Origin: Candidatus Hydrogenedentota bacterium
GTDB lineage: Bacteria > Hydrogenedentota > Hydrogenedentia > Hydrogenedentales > JAEUWI01
Reading direction: 5' to 3'
Length of the DNA: 64,000 nt
NCBI GenBank assembly: GCA_034669905.1
Contig: JAXMOL010000019.1
Coordinates: forward strand, 32,001 to 96,000
The notes under the pieces are model-generated. The model was given only the letters and a program-made list of their open reading frames with translations. It made no database searches and was not told where the DNA came from. Shown one piece after another: positions 21,761 to 31,105 of the stretch. Made by a program: the position numbers and the translations under genes. Each line of letters begins with the position of its first letter. Position 1 is the stretch's first letter.

Positions 21761-23566
21761 CTACGGGGAAACCAGATTACTAATATCGGTATCCCCTTGC
21801 TCAAGGATGTGCTGAATCAGGGCATTCCAGTCGGTGGAGCTGGCGTGGGGATTGTTCACCACATCCTGTGCCGCCATGACGTATTGGGTCACTTCGGCGA
21901 TGCTACCCGCCAGGATGTTTAAGGTCTCACCCAGCAAGGCGACATTCTCGGGCTGCTGGAGGATATCCGCAATGCCCTGCAGGGCATAGATAGCGTCTTG
22001 CTGGGTCTCCAGACCGGCCTGCTGCAACAGGGCCATGTCTGCGCCGTCTGTCACTTGCACCCCCAGCTGATTGACCGCATTATAGATCTGTTGCGCCGTT
22101 TCATGATCCCCCTGCTGCTCATAGAGGGCACCATAGTCGAGCAATTCATTGCGCAGGGAAGCAATATCCGCCGCTTCCGCCTGCCCGGCCGTTGATACGG
22201 CCAGATAGCGCGCCACATCGGCGTCCAGCCCACTGGCCCGCAACACCGCTTCCCGCTGGCGCATGCTTTCGAGGGTGTAGGGATCGGCTTCTGAACCTGC
22301 CGCACCGGCCGAGAGGGCATTCATCCCAGCCTCCACATCGCCACGGGCCATATGGTCCGCCGCAAGCAGGTAGTGGGGCAAGGCATTGTCCTTGTTCAGG
22401 GCGAGGAGCCCTTCCAACTGAGCCTGCCGTTCACCGGCCGCGTCTGGATTGCCAGCGAGGCTTTGGGCCAGGGCGTATTTGAGACTCTCGTTTTCCGGAT
22501 CGTTGGCCAGGGCCGCACGCAATACGGCCGCCGCATCTTCCTGGGAGAGAAACTGGGCCGCGCCCAAGAGCGCATCATCGCTCAGATTCATGTTCTGGAG
22601 CAATTGATTGGCCTCATCGGCACTTAAACTCGCGAGCTGCTCAAAGGCCGCCAGGTTATTCACCAACGAACGGCGCCGCGCATTGATGGCCTCCTGGAGG
22701 GTCAATGGCTGGTTCGGATCGGGGGTTCCGGGCGCCACTTCGGGCATGTTTTCACCGGCCCCATTATTCATGGCCAGCGTATCGTGGGGCACGACCCGCT
22801 CCAGGGAAAGCACGTTCGCATCCGACGCAGGGCCCTTCTCTCCTCCCCCATTCGGTAATTGCGTGATTTCAGAAGTACCCGCGCCACCCGGGGTCTGGCC
22901 CTGATAAACGAACCATGCCGCCGTCACACAGAGTGCCGCGGCCGCGGCCCAGCCCACATAGGGCAACCAGGAATCCGACGAGGGCGGAGCGACCAACGTT
23001 TCCCCAACCGGACGGGCGCGCATGGGCACCACATTCGCACGGGGTGCGTTCTTAGACTGTTGGGCAAGCTGCCCCATTACACCCTCGCGCAGGTCGACGG
23101 AAGGAAACGCTTCCGTCAAGGAATCGCCAAGGGCATTGAGTGACTCCGCCAGGGGGCCGAAACTTAAATCGAGCTCTGCATCGCTCACGTGTGCGGCACG
23201 GGCGGCCTCGGTAACGGGCCCGACCAGGTCCACCCTGGGCACCGCTCGGTGCAAGGCCTGCTCGGTGGCTTCCAGCGCCTCCTCCACGACAAAATAGGGG
23301 CGGTCCGTACCGCTGCGGGTTTCCCAATGGAGATGGCACAGGGCGTCTTCCATATCGGCCCGGAGGTCGACCGGGGGCATTTCGGCACGCAACGCGTCTC
23401 CGAGGCCATCCAGGACGGAAGCCACCGTCTGAAGCTCCGCAAAGCGACGGGCAAAGACGGGTTCCGCTTTCAAACGGGCTTCGGCACTTGCGCGCTCGGC
23501 ACTTCCATCGGGAGTGTCCAGCAAGAGGGCCAGATCCCGGTCATCTCGTTCGGGCAAGGTTTTCAC
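21761..23566 (-). CDS. putative membrane anti-sigma factor with TPR-like periplasmic domain
   Basis: 4-nt overlap with the ECF gene stop; single TM at about aa 200-222; TPR-like helices (NALPHYLLAADHMARGDVEAG; YEQQGDHETAQQIY). Confidence 0.7.
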   Translation of the reverse strand: MKTLPERDDRDLALLLDTPDGSAERASAEARLKAEPVFARRFAELQTVASVLDGLGDALRAEMPPVDLRADMEDALCHLHWETRSGTDRPYFVVEEALEATEQALHRAVPRVDLVGPVTEAARAAHVSDAELDLSFGPLAESLNALGDSLTEAFPSVDLREGVMGQLAQQSKNAPRANVVPMRARPVGETLVAPPSSDSWLPYVGWAAAAALCVTAAWFVYQGQTPGGAGTSEITQLPNGGGEKGPASDANVLSLERVVPHDTLAMNNGAGENMPEVAPGTPDPNQPLTLQEAINARRRSLVNNLAAFEQLASLSADEANQLLQNMNLSDDALLGAAQFLSQEDAAAVLRAALANDPENESLKYALAQSLAGNPDAAGERQAQLEGLLALNKDNALPHYLLAADHMARGDVEAGMNALSAGAAGSEADPYTLESMRQREAVLRASGLDADVARYLAVSTAGQAEAADIASLRNELLDYGALYEQQGDHETAQQIYNAVNQLGVQVTDGADMALLQQAGLETQQDAIYALQGIADILQQPENVALLGETLNILAGSIAEVTQYVMAAQDVVNNPHASSTDWNALIQHILEQGDTDISNLVSP

Positions 23567-24189
23567 ATATCTTCTCGTGACAGGACAAAATCATTCCGCA
23601 GCTGTTTTAAAATACGATGCAACCGGGTGCGCACGGCGCCTTCCGTGCTACCAATTGTATCGGCAATTTCCCGGGCAGATAGTTTCTGAAAGTAGCGCAA
23701 GACCACGATCTCGCGCGCTTCCTCTGCCAGGCCATCGAGCATTTCCAAGAGTGCCCGATGTCTTTCTTTCGTGAGTAACTGCTCGTAAGGACCGTCGGCG
23801 GGCGCCTGCATTACCTCGCCGGATTCGTCACGGGCAGAACTTGCATACTCTTCCAGGGTCTCCATATGGACCGTTTTACGCCGCTTCAATTCGTTGAGGC
23901 AGAGGTTCCGGGCAATACAGAGCATCCAGGGTTTAAACTTTCGGTCCACCTCAAAACGCGCGCGGGCCGAGTAGATGCGCAGGAAGGTCTCCTGGGCCAT
24001 CTCCTTGGCCAGCTCGACATTCTTCAGATAGTGAAGACAAAAACGGAAGACGTCGTTCTGATAGCGCTCCACGAGGGTACCGAGGGCTTCATCGTCGCCC
24101 CCGTCCAACGCAGCCATCAGTGCCTCATCGGTCACTTCCCCTGCGCTCGTCATGCAATTTTCCGCCTGGTCAAGCGCACGTATCGCCAT
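23563..24189 (-). CDS. ECF sigma factor (start moved to ATG 24189)
   Basis: Region 2 (AQETFLRIY...KFKPWMLCIARNLCLN) and region 4 (LSAREIADTIGSTEGAVRTRLHR); GAGG RBS. Confidence 0.93.
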   Translation of the reverse strand: MAIRALDQAENCMTSAGEVTDEALMAALDGGDDEALGTLVERYQNDVFRFCLHYLKNVELAKEMAQETFLRIYSARARFEVDRKFKPWMLCIARNLCLNELKRRKTVHMETLEEYASSARDESGEVMQAPADGPYEQLLTKERHRALLEMLDGLAEEAREIVVLRYFQKLSAREIADTIGSTEGAVRTRLHRILKQLRNDFVLSREDM

Positions 24190-24337
24190 CCTGTATTCCT
24201 CAGCTTTAATCTCCGGATAGTAGTACAAGCCACGGGGCAAAACATCACATATTCCTTTTAAATCCGGGGCACAGCACGGCCCCCAACACAACTTAACCTA
24301 TTGTAATTAAACCTGTTGCGCCAGACAAGCGTGCAGT

Positions 24338-24949
24338 TCAGTTTTCCGGCTGGCCAAATTGGACAGAGACGGGGGCCCGCCCGGCAGAGCGGGCCATATC
24401 GATGGTCTCGAGGTAGGCATTTACCGCCTCAATGGCCTGGCGCGCTTCCTTGAGGGCGGCGCGCCGCAACCCCACATCGTCGGGATAGCGGGCCATTGTG
24501 GTGCAGCGCTGCGCGGCGGCACGGAGGGTCAGATAACTCGCGATCGCGGGCATGGCGTTGTTGTCCATGCGCTGCTCCAGAAAACGCAGCTCACTGCGAA
24601 ACACCCGCTCGATCCACAGGCGCCCATCGGCGGAAATCCGGCCATCTGCCCCCGTTGTATGGTGCGCATAGTCATTGCAGGCCCGGGTCAGGTCATTGGC
24701 AAAGCCCCGCAGCAGAATGGCCCGCTGCTGGACCACCGGGTTCAAGGGAACCTCATCGGCCATGCCCTGGGTCAGCCACCGCACCATGCCATAGGAAAGG
24801 AGCATGGCAAAGCAGCAGGCACCCAGGCCCAGGAAAAACGCCAGGAGACGACGCCGAAGAACCGCGAGGAAGGGGGACGCATACCGCGCCCGGGCGTTTG
24901 CGGTACTATTTTCGGGGCGCACGGAGCAAACGCCGCAAATTGGCTTCAT
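24338..24949 (-). CDS. hypothetical membrane protein
   Basis: 203-aa ORF with one TM (LLAFFLGLGACCFAMLLSYGMV) and a helical remainder; overlaps the upstream protease gene; start uncertain. Confidence 0.6.
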   Translation of the reverse strand: MKPICGVCSVRPENSTANARARYASPFLAVLRRRLLAFFLGLGACCFAMLLSYGMVRWLTQGMADEVPLNPVVQQRAILLRGFANDLTRACNDYAHHTTGADGRISADGRLWIERVFRSELRFLEQRMDNNAMPAIASYLTLRAAAQRCTTMARYPDDVGLRRAALKEARQAIEAVNAYLETIDMARSAGRAPVSVQFGQPEN

Positions 24950-25751
24950 TATTCATCCAGGCAACTGCCCGGTCATAATCGCCATATTCTTCTTCGCGCC
25001 GACGGAAGGCGGGTGGATGAATCAGGCGGCGCCCCGTCGGCCCTTCCTCAATCCCCATGTGGGCGTGGAGCATTTCATGAAAAACGATGTAGCGGATAAA
25101 ATAGATGGGCACGAAGGCCTGATCCAGATAGGGATGAATGCGAATCAGGTTGTCATCGGGGGTAAAACTTCCGAAACGGATGGAGCGACGCAGCCGTCGG
25201 GAGGGCATCTTGCCCCAGGTAATGGGTGTATCAATGGTCCCCCCGAATTCCTCCGCATTGACCTCCTGATAGAGCTGCTCCAGATCCACAAATTCCCCTT
25301 TTGTCCGCAATATAATACGCCGAGAGGACTTGGCGGCAATCAGGTGGCGGCGCTCCGCAATAAACGATTCCAGTTTCTTTCCGGCTGATTTGGTCCGGGG
25401 ACGCTGAATCCAGGTGCCGAGGGCCTTCCGTATGGGCTCCGGCGCATCGAGAAACATGTGGTGCAGCCCCACAATGGCCCGTCCGCTGGCCTGTTCGTAG
25501 CGCAGGGTCATCATCGTGGAGGTGTTATTGGTAATACGCAGCCGGATATCAACCCCCGTATCGGCCATCAGGGCCTCGTGCAGGGCATCGGCCCGCTGTT
25601 GTGCGGTGCTCCGCTCCGGCAGGGCCGCCACGTTCTGGGAACGACAGGCCAGGGCGGGAGGGGGCGCGAGGGCCTCGGGGGGATCGGTGGGCGGCGGGGT
25701 CCCGTTATCGTCTGGGGCACCAAAGGGCAACTCAAGCTGATGGTTGTCCAC
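24906..25751 (-). CDS. zinc metallopeptidase, SprT/YgjP(M48)-like (start moved to GTG 25751)
   Basis: IRFGSF...IRIHPYLD...YIVFHEMLH...HPPAFRRRE zincin motif; GGAG RBS. Confidence 0.85.
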   Translation of the reverse strand: MDNHQLELPFGAPDDNGTPPPTDPPEALAPPPALACRSQNVAALPERSTAQQRADALHEALMADTGVDIRLRITNNTSTMMTLRYEQASGRAIVGLHHMFLDAPEPIRKALGTWIQRPRTKSAGKKLESFIAERRHLIAAKSSRRIILRTKGEFVDLEQLYQEVNAEEFGGTIDTPITWGKMPSRRLRRSIRFGSFTPDDNLIRIHPYLDQAFVPIYFIRYIVFHEMLHAHMGIEEGPTGRRLIHPPAFRRREEEYGDYDRAVAWMNNEANLRRLLRAPRK

Positions 25752-25973
25752 GTAAACTCCCTTTAACTCTGCACAGTTCAATCTGCCATCGGTGGGCACC
25801 ACGTACCCGACGGGTACCCAAACTAACCGTTGAAACGATAGCAGATCAACGCCCTGAACCCCAAAAAAGGATGGGACGACTCCCGGAATGCCGCCCCCCC
25901 GGCCATTGGCGAATCCCCCTCCGAATGCTCTATGCTAGGGCGACACGGAATAACATGCAGGGAGTGCGAAAGG

Positions 25974-28133
25974 ATGCGCGTATTAGTCACGGGCGGAGCC
26001 GGCTATCTTGGCTGCTGCCTGGTGCCAGCGTTGGAGGAACGGGGACATCGGGTGCGCGTCTTTGATCGGGGCTGTTTCGGTTTCGACGGACTCCCCCACT
26101 CCTGCGAGCAGATACAGGGAGATATCCGGCGTCTCCAGGAACACCCCACCCTGATGGATGGTATCGATACGGTCATCCACCTTGCGGGCCTGGCCAACGA
26201 CCCCTCCTGCGATCTGGATCCCGAAATGGCGTGGGATGTAAACGTGGAAAGCACGTTGGAACTGGCCCATCTGGCGATCAAGGCCGGGGTGAAACGATTC
26301 CTGTTTGCGTCATCCTGTGCGGTCTACGGACAGGGCGTATTCAGCCGGCTGGATGAAGCCAGCCCGGCCAACCCCGTTTCGACCTTCGGGCGGAGCAAAC
26401 GGGCGGCCGAGGAAGGGCTACTTCGGCTCTCCTCTCCCCACTTCCACCCGATCCTGGTCCGGGCCGGCACCTTGTTTGGCGTTTCCCCCCGGATGCGCTT
26501 TGACCTCGCCATCAATCAAATGGTCGCCACCGCCAAACGGGATGGCCGTATCGAAGTACGCGGCGGCGGCCGACAGTGGCGCCCCTTCATCCACGTACGC
26601 GATGCGGCCCGGGCCTATGCCGATCTGGTGGATGCGCCCCCAGCCGCCCTGCCGGAGTCGACCTACAACCTGGGATTCAATGCCCTGAACCTCCAAATTG
26701 CCTCCCTGGCGGAACACGTCGCAACGGCGCTGGGGGGCGTCCGGGTGGAACATGCCACGGACGATGCCGATTTACGTGATTTTCGGGTCAATTTCGAACG
26801 CCTGGAACAGACCCTTGGCCTGGAGATTTCCTGCGACCTGGCGGCAGGGGTCCAGGAGTTGGCCGACTATGTGGACAGCCTGTCATTGCCCCCTTTTTCC
26901 GAGGTCTTCTTCAATGCCGAACGCATGCGCCGTCTGCGCGAGACCCCCGTCTCCGAAGGCGGCGACCCGGTGGCGGCCCGTTTTGTGCCACTGAGTCGTC
27001 CGAGCCTGGGGCCGGAAGAAGAGGAAGCCGTGGTCGAGATATTGCGATCGGGCTGGCTTACGTCCGGCCATCAGATCGCGGCATTTGAACAGGCCTTCTC
27101 CGAAGCGGTAGGGGCGGCCCATACGGTCGCCGTCAATTCGTGTACGGCCGCCATCCACCTGTGTTTGGCAGATTGCGGCGTAACGCCAGGCGACGAAGTA
27201 ATCTCGACTCCGATTACCTGGGCCTCTACGGGCAACACCTTGCTGAATATGGGGGCGCGGGTCGTTTTCGCAGATGTAGAACCCGACACACTGAACCTCG
27301 ATCCCGCGAAGGTGGAAGCGGCCATTACGGAACGCACACGGGCCATTATCCCAGTCCATCTGGCGGGCCATCCCTGTGATATGACGGCACTTCGCGCCAT
27401 CGCCCGGAAACATCACGTCGCCCTGATCGAAGATGCGGCACACGCACTGGGTGCCCAATATGGGAACACTCCCATCGGCGGGGACAGTGACTACGCCTGT
27501 TTCAGTTTTTACTCCATCAAAAACATTACGACGATTGAAGGGGGGATGGTCGCCCTGCGGGATCCCGAGCGGGCGGATCATATTCGCCGGCTGGCCACCA
27601 ATGGCATGCAACAGACCGCCTGGGATCGCTATGGTCGCAGTGCACTGGCCCGCCCGCTGGAGGTCCACGAACCCGGCTTCAAGTACTTAATAGGCAATGT
27701 GAGCGCCGCCATGGGGGTGGAACAACTCAAGAAACTGACCCACTTCAGCGCCTCTCGTCACCGTCTGGCGCGTATGTATCAGGAAGTACTTGCAGACATA
27801 CCCGAAATTACGCTACCTTCACTACGTCCGGGCATTACCCATGCGTGGCATCTGTACATGATACGGCTCAATCTTGAGGGACTTCGATGTACCCGGGATG
27901 AGTTTGCGCACGCGTTGCGCCAGGAAAATATTGGCACGGGTGTACACTTTTACGGACTACATCTTCATCATTATTATCAGGGGGAGCTCGGATTTCATGA
28001 CACGGACTTCCCAGTTGCGACGGAGGCATCCCGCCGTATTCTCTCTCTCCCGCTCCACCCGCAACTGACCGATCGCAACGTGTATGAGGTCGCCACGGCG
28101 GTGCGAAAAGTGGTGGAACACCATCGGCGTTAA
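25974..28133 (+). CDS. fusion of an NAD-dependent epimerase/dehydratase (extended SDR) and a DegT/DnrJ/EryC1/StrS aminotransferase
   Basis: N-domain VTGGAGYLG, HLAG, ASSCAVYG, RPFIHVRD; C-domain VNSCTAA, IEDAAHA, FSFYSIKNITTIEGG (PLP lysine), LSLPLHP; single continuous ORF. Confidence 0.92.
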   Translation: MRVLVTGGAGYLGCCLVPALEERGHRVRVFDRGCFGFDGLPHSCEQIQGDIRRLQEHPTLMDGIDTVIHLAGLANDPSCDLDPEMAWDVNVESTLELAHLAIKAGVKRFLFASSCAVYGQGVFSRLDEASPANPVSTFGRSKRAAEEGLLRLSSPHFHPILVRAGTLFGVSPRMRFDLAINQMVATAKRDGRIEVRGGGRQWRPFIHVRDAARAYADLVDAPPAALPESTYNLGFNALNLQIASLAEHVATALGGVRVEHATDDADLRDFRVNFERLEQTLGLEISCDLAAGVQELADYVDSLSLPPFSEVFFNAERMRRLRETPVSEGGDPVAARFVPLSRPSLGPEEEEAVVEILRSGWLTSGHQIAAFEQAFSEAVGAAHTVAVNSCTAAIHLCLADCGVTPGDEVISTPITWASTGNTLLNMGARVVFADVEPDTLNLDPAKVEAAITERTRAIIPVHLAGHPCDMTALRAIARKHHVALIEDAAHALGAQYGNTPIGGDSDYACFSFYSIKNITTIEGGMVALRDPERADHIRRLATNGMQQTAWDRYGRSALARPLEVHEPGFKYLIGNVSAAMGVEQLKKLTHFSASRHRLARMYQEVLADIPEITLPSLRPGITHAWHLYMIRLNLEGLRCTRDEFAHALRQENIGTGVHFYGLHLHHYYQGELGFHDTDFPVATEASRRILSLPLHPQLTDRNVYEVATAVRKVVEHHRR

Positions 28134-28194
28134 TCCGGCTTTTCGGGACACGGCTTTGATGGTATACTGTTTTTGATAACACAGGAGATAACAC

Positions 28195-28722
28195 GTGGAA
28201 TTGAAACTGGCGAAATGCGCCCGGTGTAGCAAGCTTTTCAGCAAGATACGCTCCGAAGTTTGCGACTCCTGCCAGCCGGATGAAGATTCCGATTTTAATA
28301 AGATTCACGAGGTTATCTCGCGAAATCGGGGGATTACGGCCGGGGAAGTCGCCACAGAAGCCGAGGTGCCGCTCGAATGCGTCTACCGCATGTTGCGGGA
28401 AGGCCGGATCGACAATGTGGAAGGGGACCACGCCGCTACCTGCGGACGGTGTGGTGCGCCTGCTATCAGCAGCACCAAGCGCCTTTGCGAGCGGTGTCTG
28501 ATTCTCCTGGACCGGGATTGCGCCCAGGCCATGTTGGAAATGCGCCAACGGATCCGTTCGAAAGAGGAAAGCGATATGAATGACATCCAGGAAGCCGTGA
28601 CGAAAAAGCGGTCTTCCCGGAAGAAATTGCGTGACCTCGAGCTGACACCCGAGCCGGACGAGAAGAAAGAAACCATTCGCCGCATGGTTGCGTCGGAGCG
28701 CTTTGGCAAGAAGAATAAGTAG
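28195..28722 (+). CDS. YvyF-like double zinc-ribbon/HTH protein
   Basis: CARC...CDSC, HTH-like ITAGEVATEAEVP...MLREGRI, CGRC...CERC; AGGAG RBS and TGGTATACT extended -10 upstream. Confidence 0.75.
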   Translation: MELKLAKCARCSKLFSKIRSEVCDSCQPDEDSDFNKIHEVISRNRGITAGEVATEAEVPLECVYRMLREGRIDNVEGDHAATCGRCGAPAISSTKRLCERCLILLDRDCAQAMLEMRQRIRSKEESDMNDIQEAVTKKRSSRKKLRDLELTPEPDEKKETIRRMVASERFGKKNK

Positions 28723-28910
28723 GCCTTGGGGGCTGGGGACAACTCACACAATGGGACCGGGTTCGGTGTGGTATCAATGCGATTTGCCGTCACCACCTCG
28801 GGAGCGTTACTGTATAGCCAATCCTGCCACCCCGAATAGCCGATACCGTTGACGTGTATCCCACCTGGCAGGTGGCAACAGGTGCCCGCAGGGCCGGGAA
28901 AGTTTTCGTA

Positions 28911-29309
28911 GTGAGTTCCCTTACACATACGAAGTGTTTCAATCATGGTGCACGTGAAGCGGTGGCGCGATGCCCCGAGTGCAAGCGCCATTATTGTCGG
29001 GAATGTGTGACGGAACACGAGCATCGCCTGCTGTGTGCCTCGTGTATCGCCGCTCAGATAGGCGACACGGCCCCTTCCACACGACACCTCCCTTTCCGCG
29101 GTGTCGTCCAGTTCATGGGGGCACTCCTCCTGCTTTGGCTCGGATTCTACACCATGGGTCAGGCCCTCCTTCTGGTTCCCTCGACGTATCACGAAAACCG
29201 GGAGACCTTACTGGAGCGAATCCAGACCGAAGTGGATGACGACGAGGAAGTGGAAAACGAAAGCGCCGAATTCAGCCGCGACGTTCCGACGGGGAGTTCG
29301 CGACGGTGA
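28911..29309 (+). CDS. B-box-type zinc-finger membrane protein (start uncertain)
   Basis: CFNH...CPEC...CREC...CASC followed by one TM and an acidic tail; GTGA overlap with the next gene. Confidence 0.75.
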   Translation: MSSLTHTKCFNHGAREAVARCPECKRHYCRECVTEHEHRLLCASCIAAQIGDTAPSTRHLPFRGVVQFMGALLLLWLGFYTMGQALLLVPSTYHENRETLLERIQTEVDDDEEVENESAEFSRDVPTGSSRR

Positions 29310-31105
29310 GTAGTTCGAAGCGTACGAAAAACCAGGCTTCTGCCTTCTTGCTCGCCGAAGAAGCCGTCCAGTTGTTGTTTCGCGGCGGACTGCACCATGC
29401 CAGCATCTACTGTATCGGGTCCATCCCCTTCGTCCTGGCTTTGGTCGCTTACGTGGGCACGATGATCCACAGTGGCTATGCCCACGTTTACCATGGAACC
29501 GGCGCCCTGGGGCTGGCCCTGCTCTTCATGTGGATGAAAGCCCTGCAGGCCCGTTTCGGCCAACACCTTGCCGCTACCTTACGGGATGAAAGCCTTCCGC
29601 CGTGGACGTTGCGGGCGTTCATGAACACCTTTTGCCGTCAGGCCCTGCTCCATGCAACCTTCATTGTCGTCTACCCCATTTCCTTTCTGACGGTCATTCC
29701 CTTGGGATTTGCGGCATCCATGTATCAGAACATGTCGGTGTTGGATGATTGCGATACCCGTTCCACCCGGAAACTGGCCGAAGAAGCCCTTGCCCAGGCA
29801 CGCCTCTGGCCCAAACAAAACCACCTCCTGCTCTGGCTATGCAGTCCGCTCATGATTTGCCTGGGGGCAGGTATCGCCATCGGGACCATGCCCATATTAA
29901 ACAGTGTTGAAGATGAATTCGTTGTATCCCTCGGCGGCGTCTATGCCTTCATCCTTCTGGCCGCGGCCGTTCCAACGGCGCCCTTTTCCGTATTCACGGT
30001 GGCGAATGTTGGGGTGTCGATCTACTTCATCCTGGAGATGGCCCACGTTGTCACCGGGGCTGACACGTTGTTTGCGCGCAATCCTGGCGCCCTCCTGGAA
30101 AACGACCTCTTCATCTCCCTCGTGTGCGGCATCACCTACCTGCTGCTGGACCCCGTGTTGAAGGCCGCCTACGCCATCCGCTGTCACGAAGGAACGTCAT
30201 TGCATACGGGCGCCGACCTGCGGGTCGCCCTTCGTCAGATCAAAAAGACCGCTGCCGTACTGCTTGTGCTCGCATCGGCGACACTCGCCCTTCCCGCCGT
30301 CGCAGATGCCCCCGTCGCAGATGCCCCCGGCATCGAAGCCCAGTTGACCTCGTTGGATCAGGCTATCAATGAAGAGCTTTCCGAACGTCGCTATACCTGG
30401 CGGATGCCCCGGGAAGAGCGTCCGGACGTGGAATTACCCTGGCTGATGCAGATATTGCAGGATTTTGGCAACAGCATTCGTGGATGGATCAAGGCCGGCT
30501 TCGATTTTGCCTCCGACGTAATCGAGGCGATTTGGGATTGGTTCTTTGGAGATGGCAGCCGGGACGGCAATGGTTGGGACGGTGATGACCTGGCGGGTTC
30601 CTCACGGACCTTCAGCCAATCCTTTCGCATACTCACCGGACTCCTGGCCATGGTGCTGATTGTGGCGACCCTTTACCTCATATGGCGGGCCTATCGTCGG
30701 CGTGAACCCACGAGCACCACGTTGCTTGCCGCCGCCCCTACGGCCACGCCGGACCTGCGCGACGAAGCGACGACGGCGGCCGACCTTCCGCAAGACGAGT
30801 GGACTCAGATGGCCCGGGAACTTGCGGGCAAGGGCGAGTACCGGCTGGCTTCACGGGCGCTCTTTTTCTCCATCCTGGCGACATTGGCCCAACAGGAAAT
30901 CATCCGTATCGCCCGTTTCAAATCCAATATGGATTACGACGTGGAATTGCTTCGGCGCGCCGCCTCCATTGGGAATATCCCCCAGGTCTTCTCCCGGAGT
31001 GCCCTGCTCTACGAAACGGTGTGGTACGGTGAGCACGAAGCCACCCTGGAGACCCTGGAAGCCCTGAACGCCTGCCAGAAGGAGCTGCACCATGGGCTCT
31101 CGTAG
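29306..31105 (+). CDS. multi-pass membrane protein with C-terminal DUF4129-like domain
   Basis: Many TMs; C-terminal ARELAGKGEYRLASRALF...KSNMDY...YETVWYG. Confidence 0.8.
   Translation: MSSSKRTKNQASAFLLAEEAVQLLFRGGLHHASIYCIGSIPFVLALVAYVGTMIHSGYAHVYHGTGALGLALLFMWMKALQARFGQHLAATLRDESLPPWTLRAFMNTFCRQALLHATFIVVYPISFLTVIPLGFAASMYQNMSVLDDCDTRSTRKLAEEALAQARLWPKQNHLLLWLCSPLMICLGAGIAIGTMPILNSVEDEFVVSLGGVYAFILLAAAVPTAPFSVFTVANVGVSIYFILEMAHVVTGADTLFARNPGALLENDLFISLVCGITYLLLDPVLKAAYAIRCHEGTSLHTGADLRVALRQIKKTAAVLLVLASATLALPAVADAPVADAPGIEAQLTSLDQAINEELSERRYTWRMPREERPDVELPWLMQILQDFGNSIRGWIKAGFDFASDVIEAIWDWFFGDGSRDGNGWDGDDLAGSSRTFSQSFRILTGLLAMVLIVATLYLIWRAYRRREPTSTTLLAAAPTATPDLRDEATTAADLPQDEWTQMARELAGKGEYRLASRALFFSILATLAQQEIIRIARFKSNMDYDVELLRRAASIGNIPQVFSRSALLYETVWYGEHEATLETLEALNACQKELHHGLS
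30297..30329 (+). repeat. in-frame 15-bp tandem duplication
   Basis: CCGTCGCAGATGCCC x2, encoding VADAP VADAP. Confidence 0.85.

Noticed and set aside
21742..21762. Minus-strand CAGGCCGAAGGGAGCGGC resembling SRP RNA helix 8
   Set aside because: The loop is not GNRA, the AGCAG motif is altered, and the required long flanking stem would lie inside the anti-sigma CDS and does not pair.
24293..24310. IHF-like site or mobile-element end (TAACCTATTGTAATTA)
   Set aside because: Only a partial match, with no integrase, transposase or partner repeat in the window.
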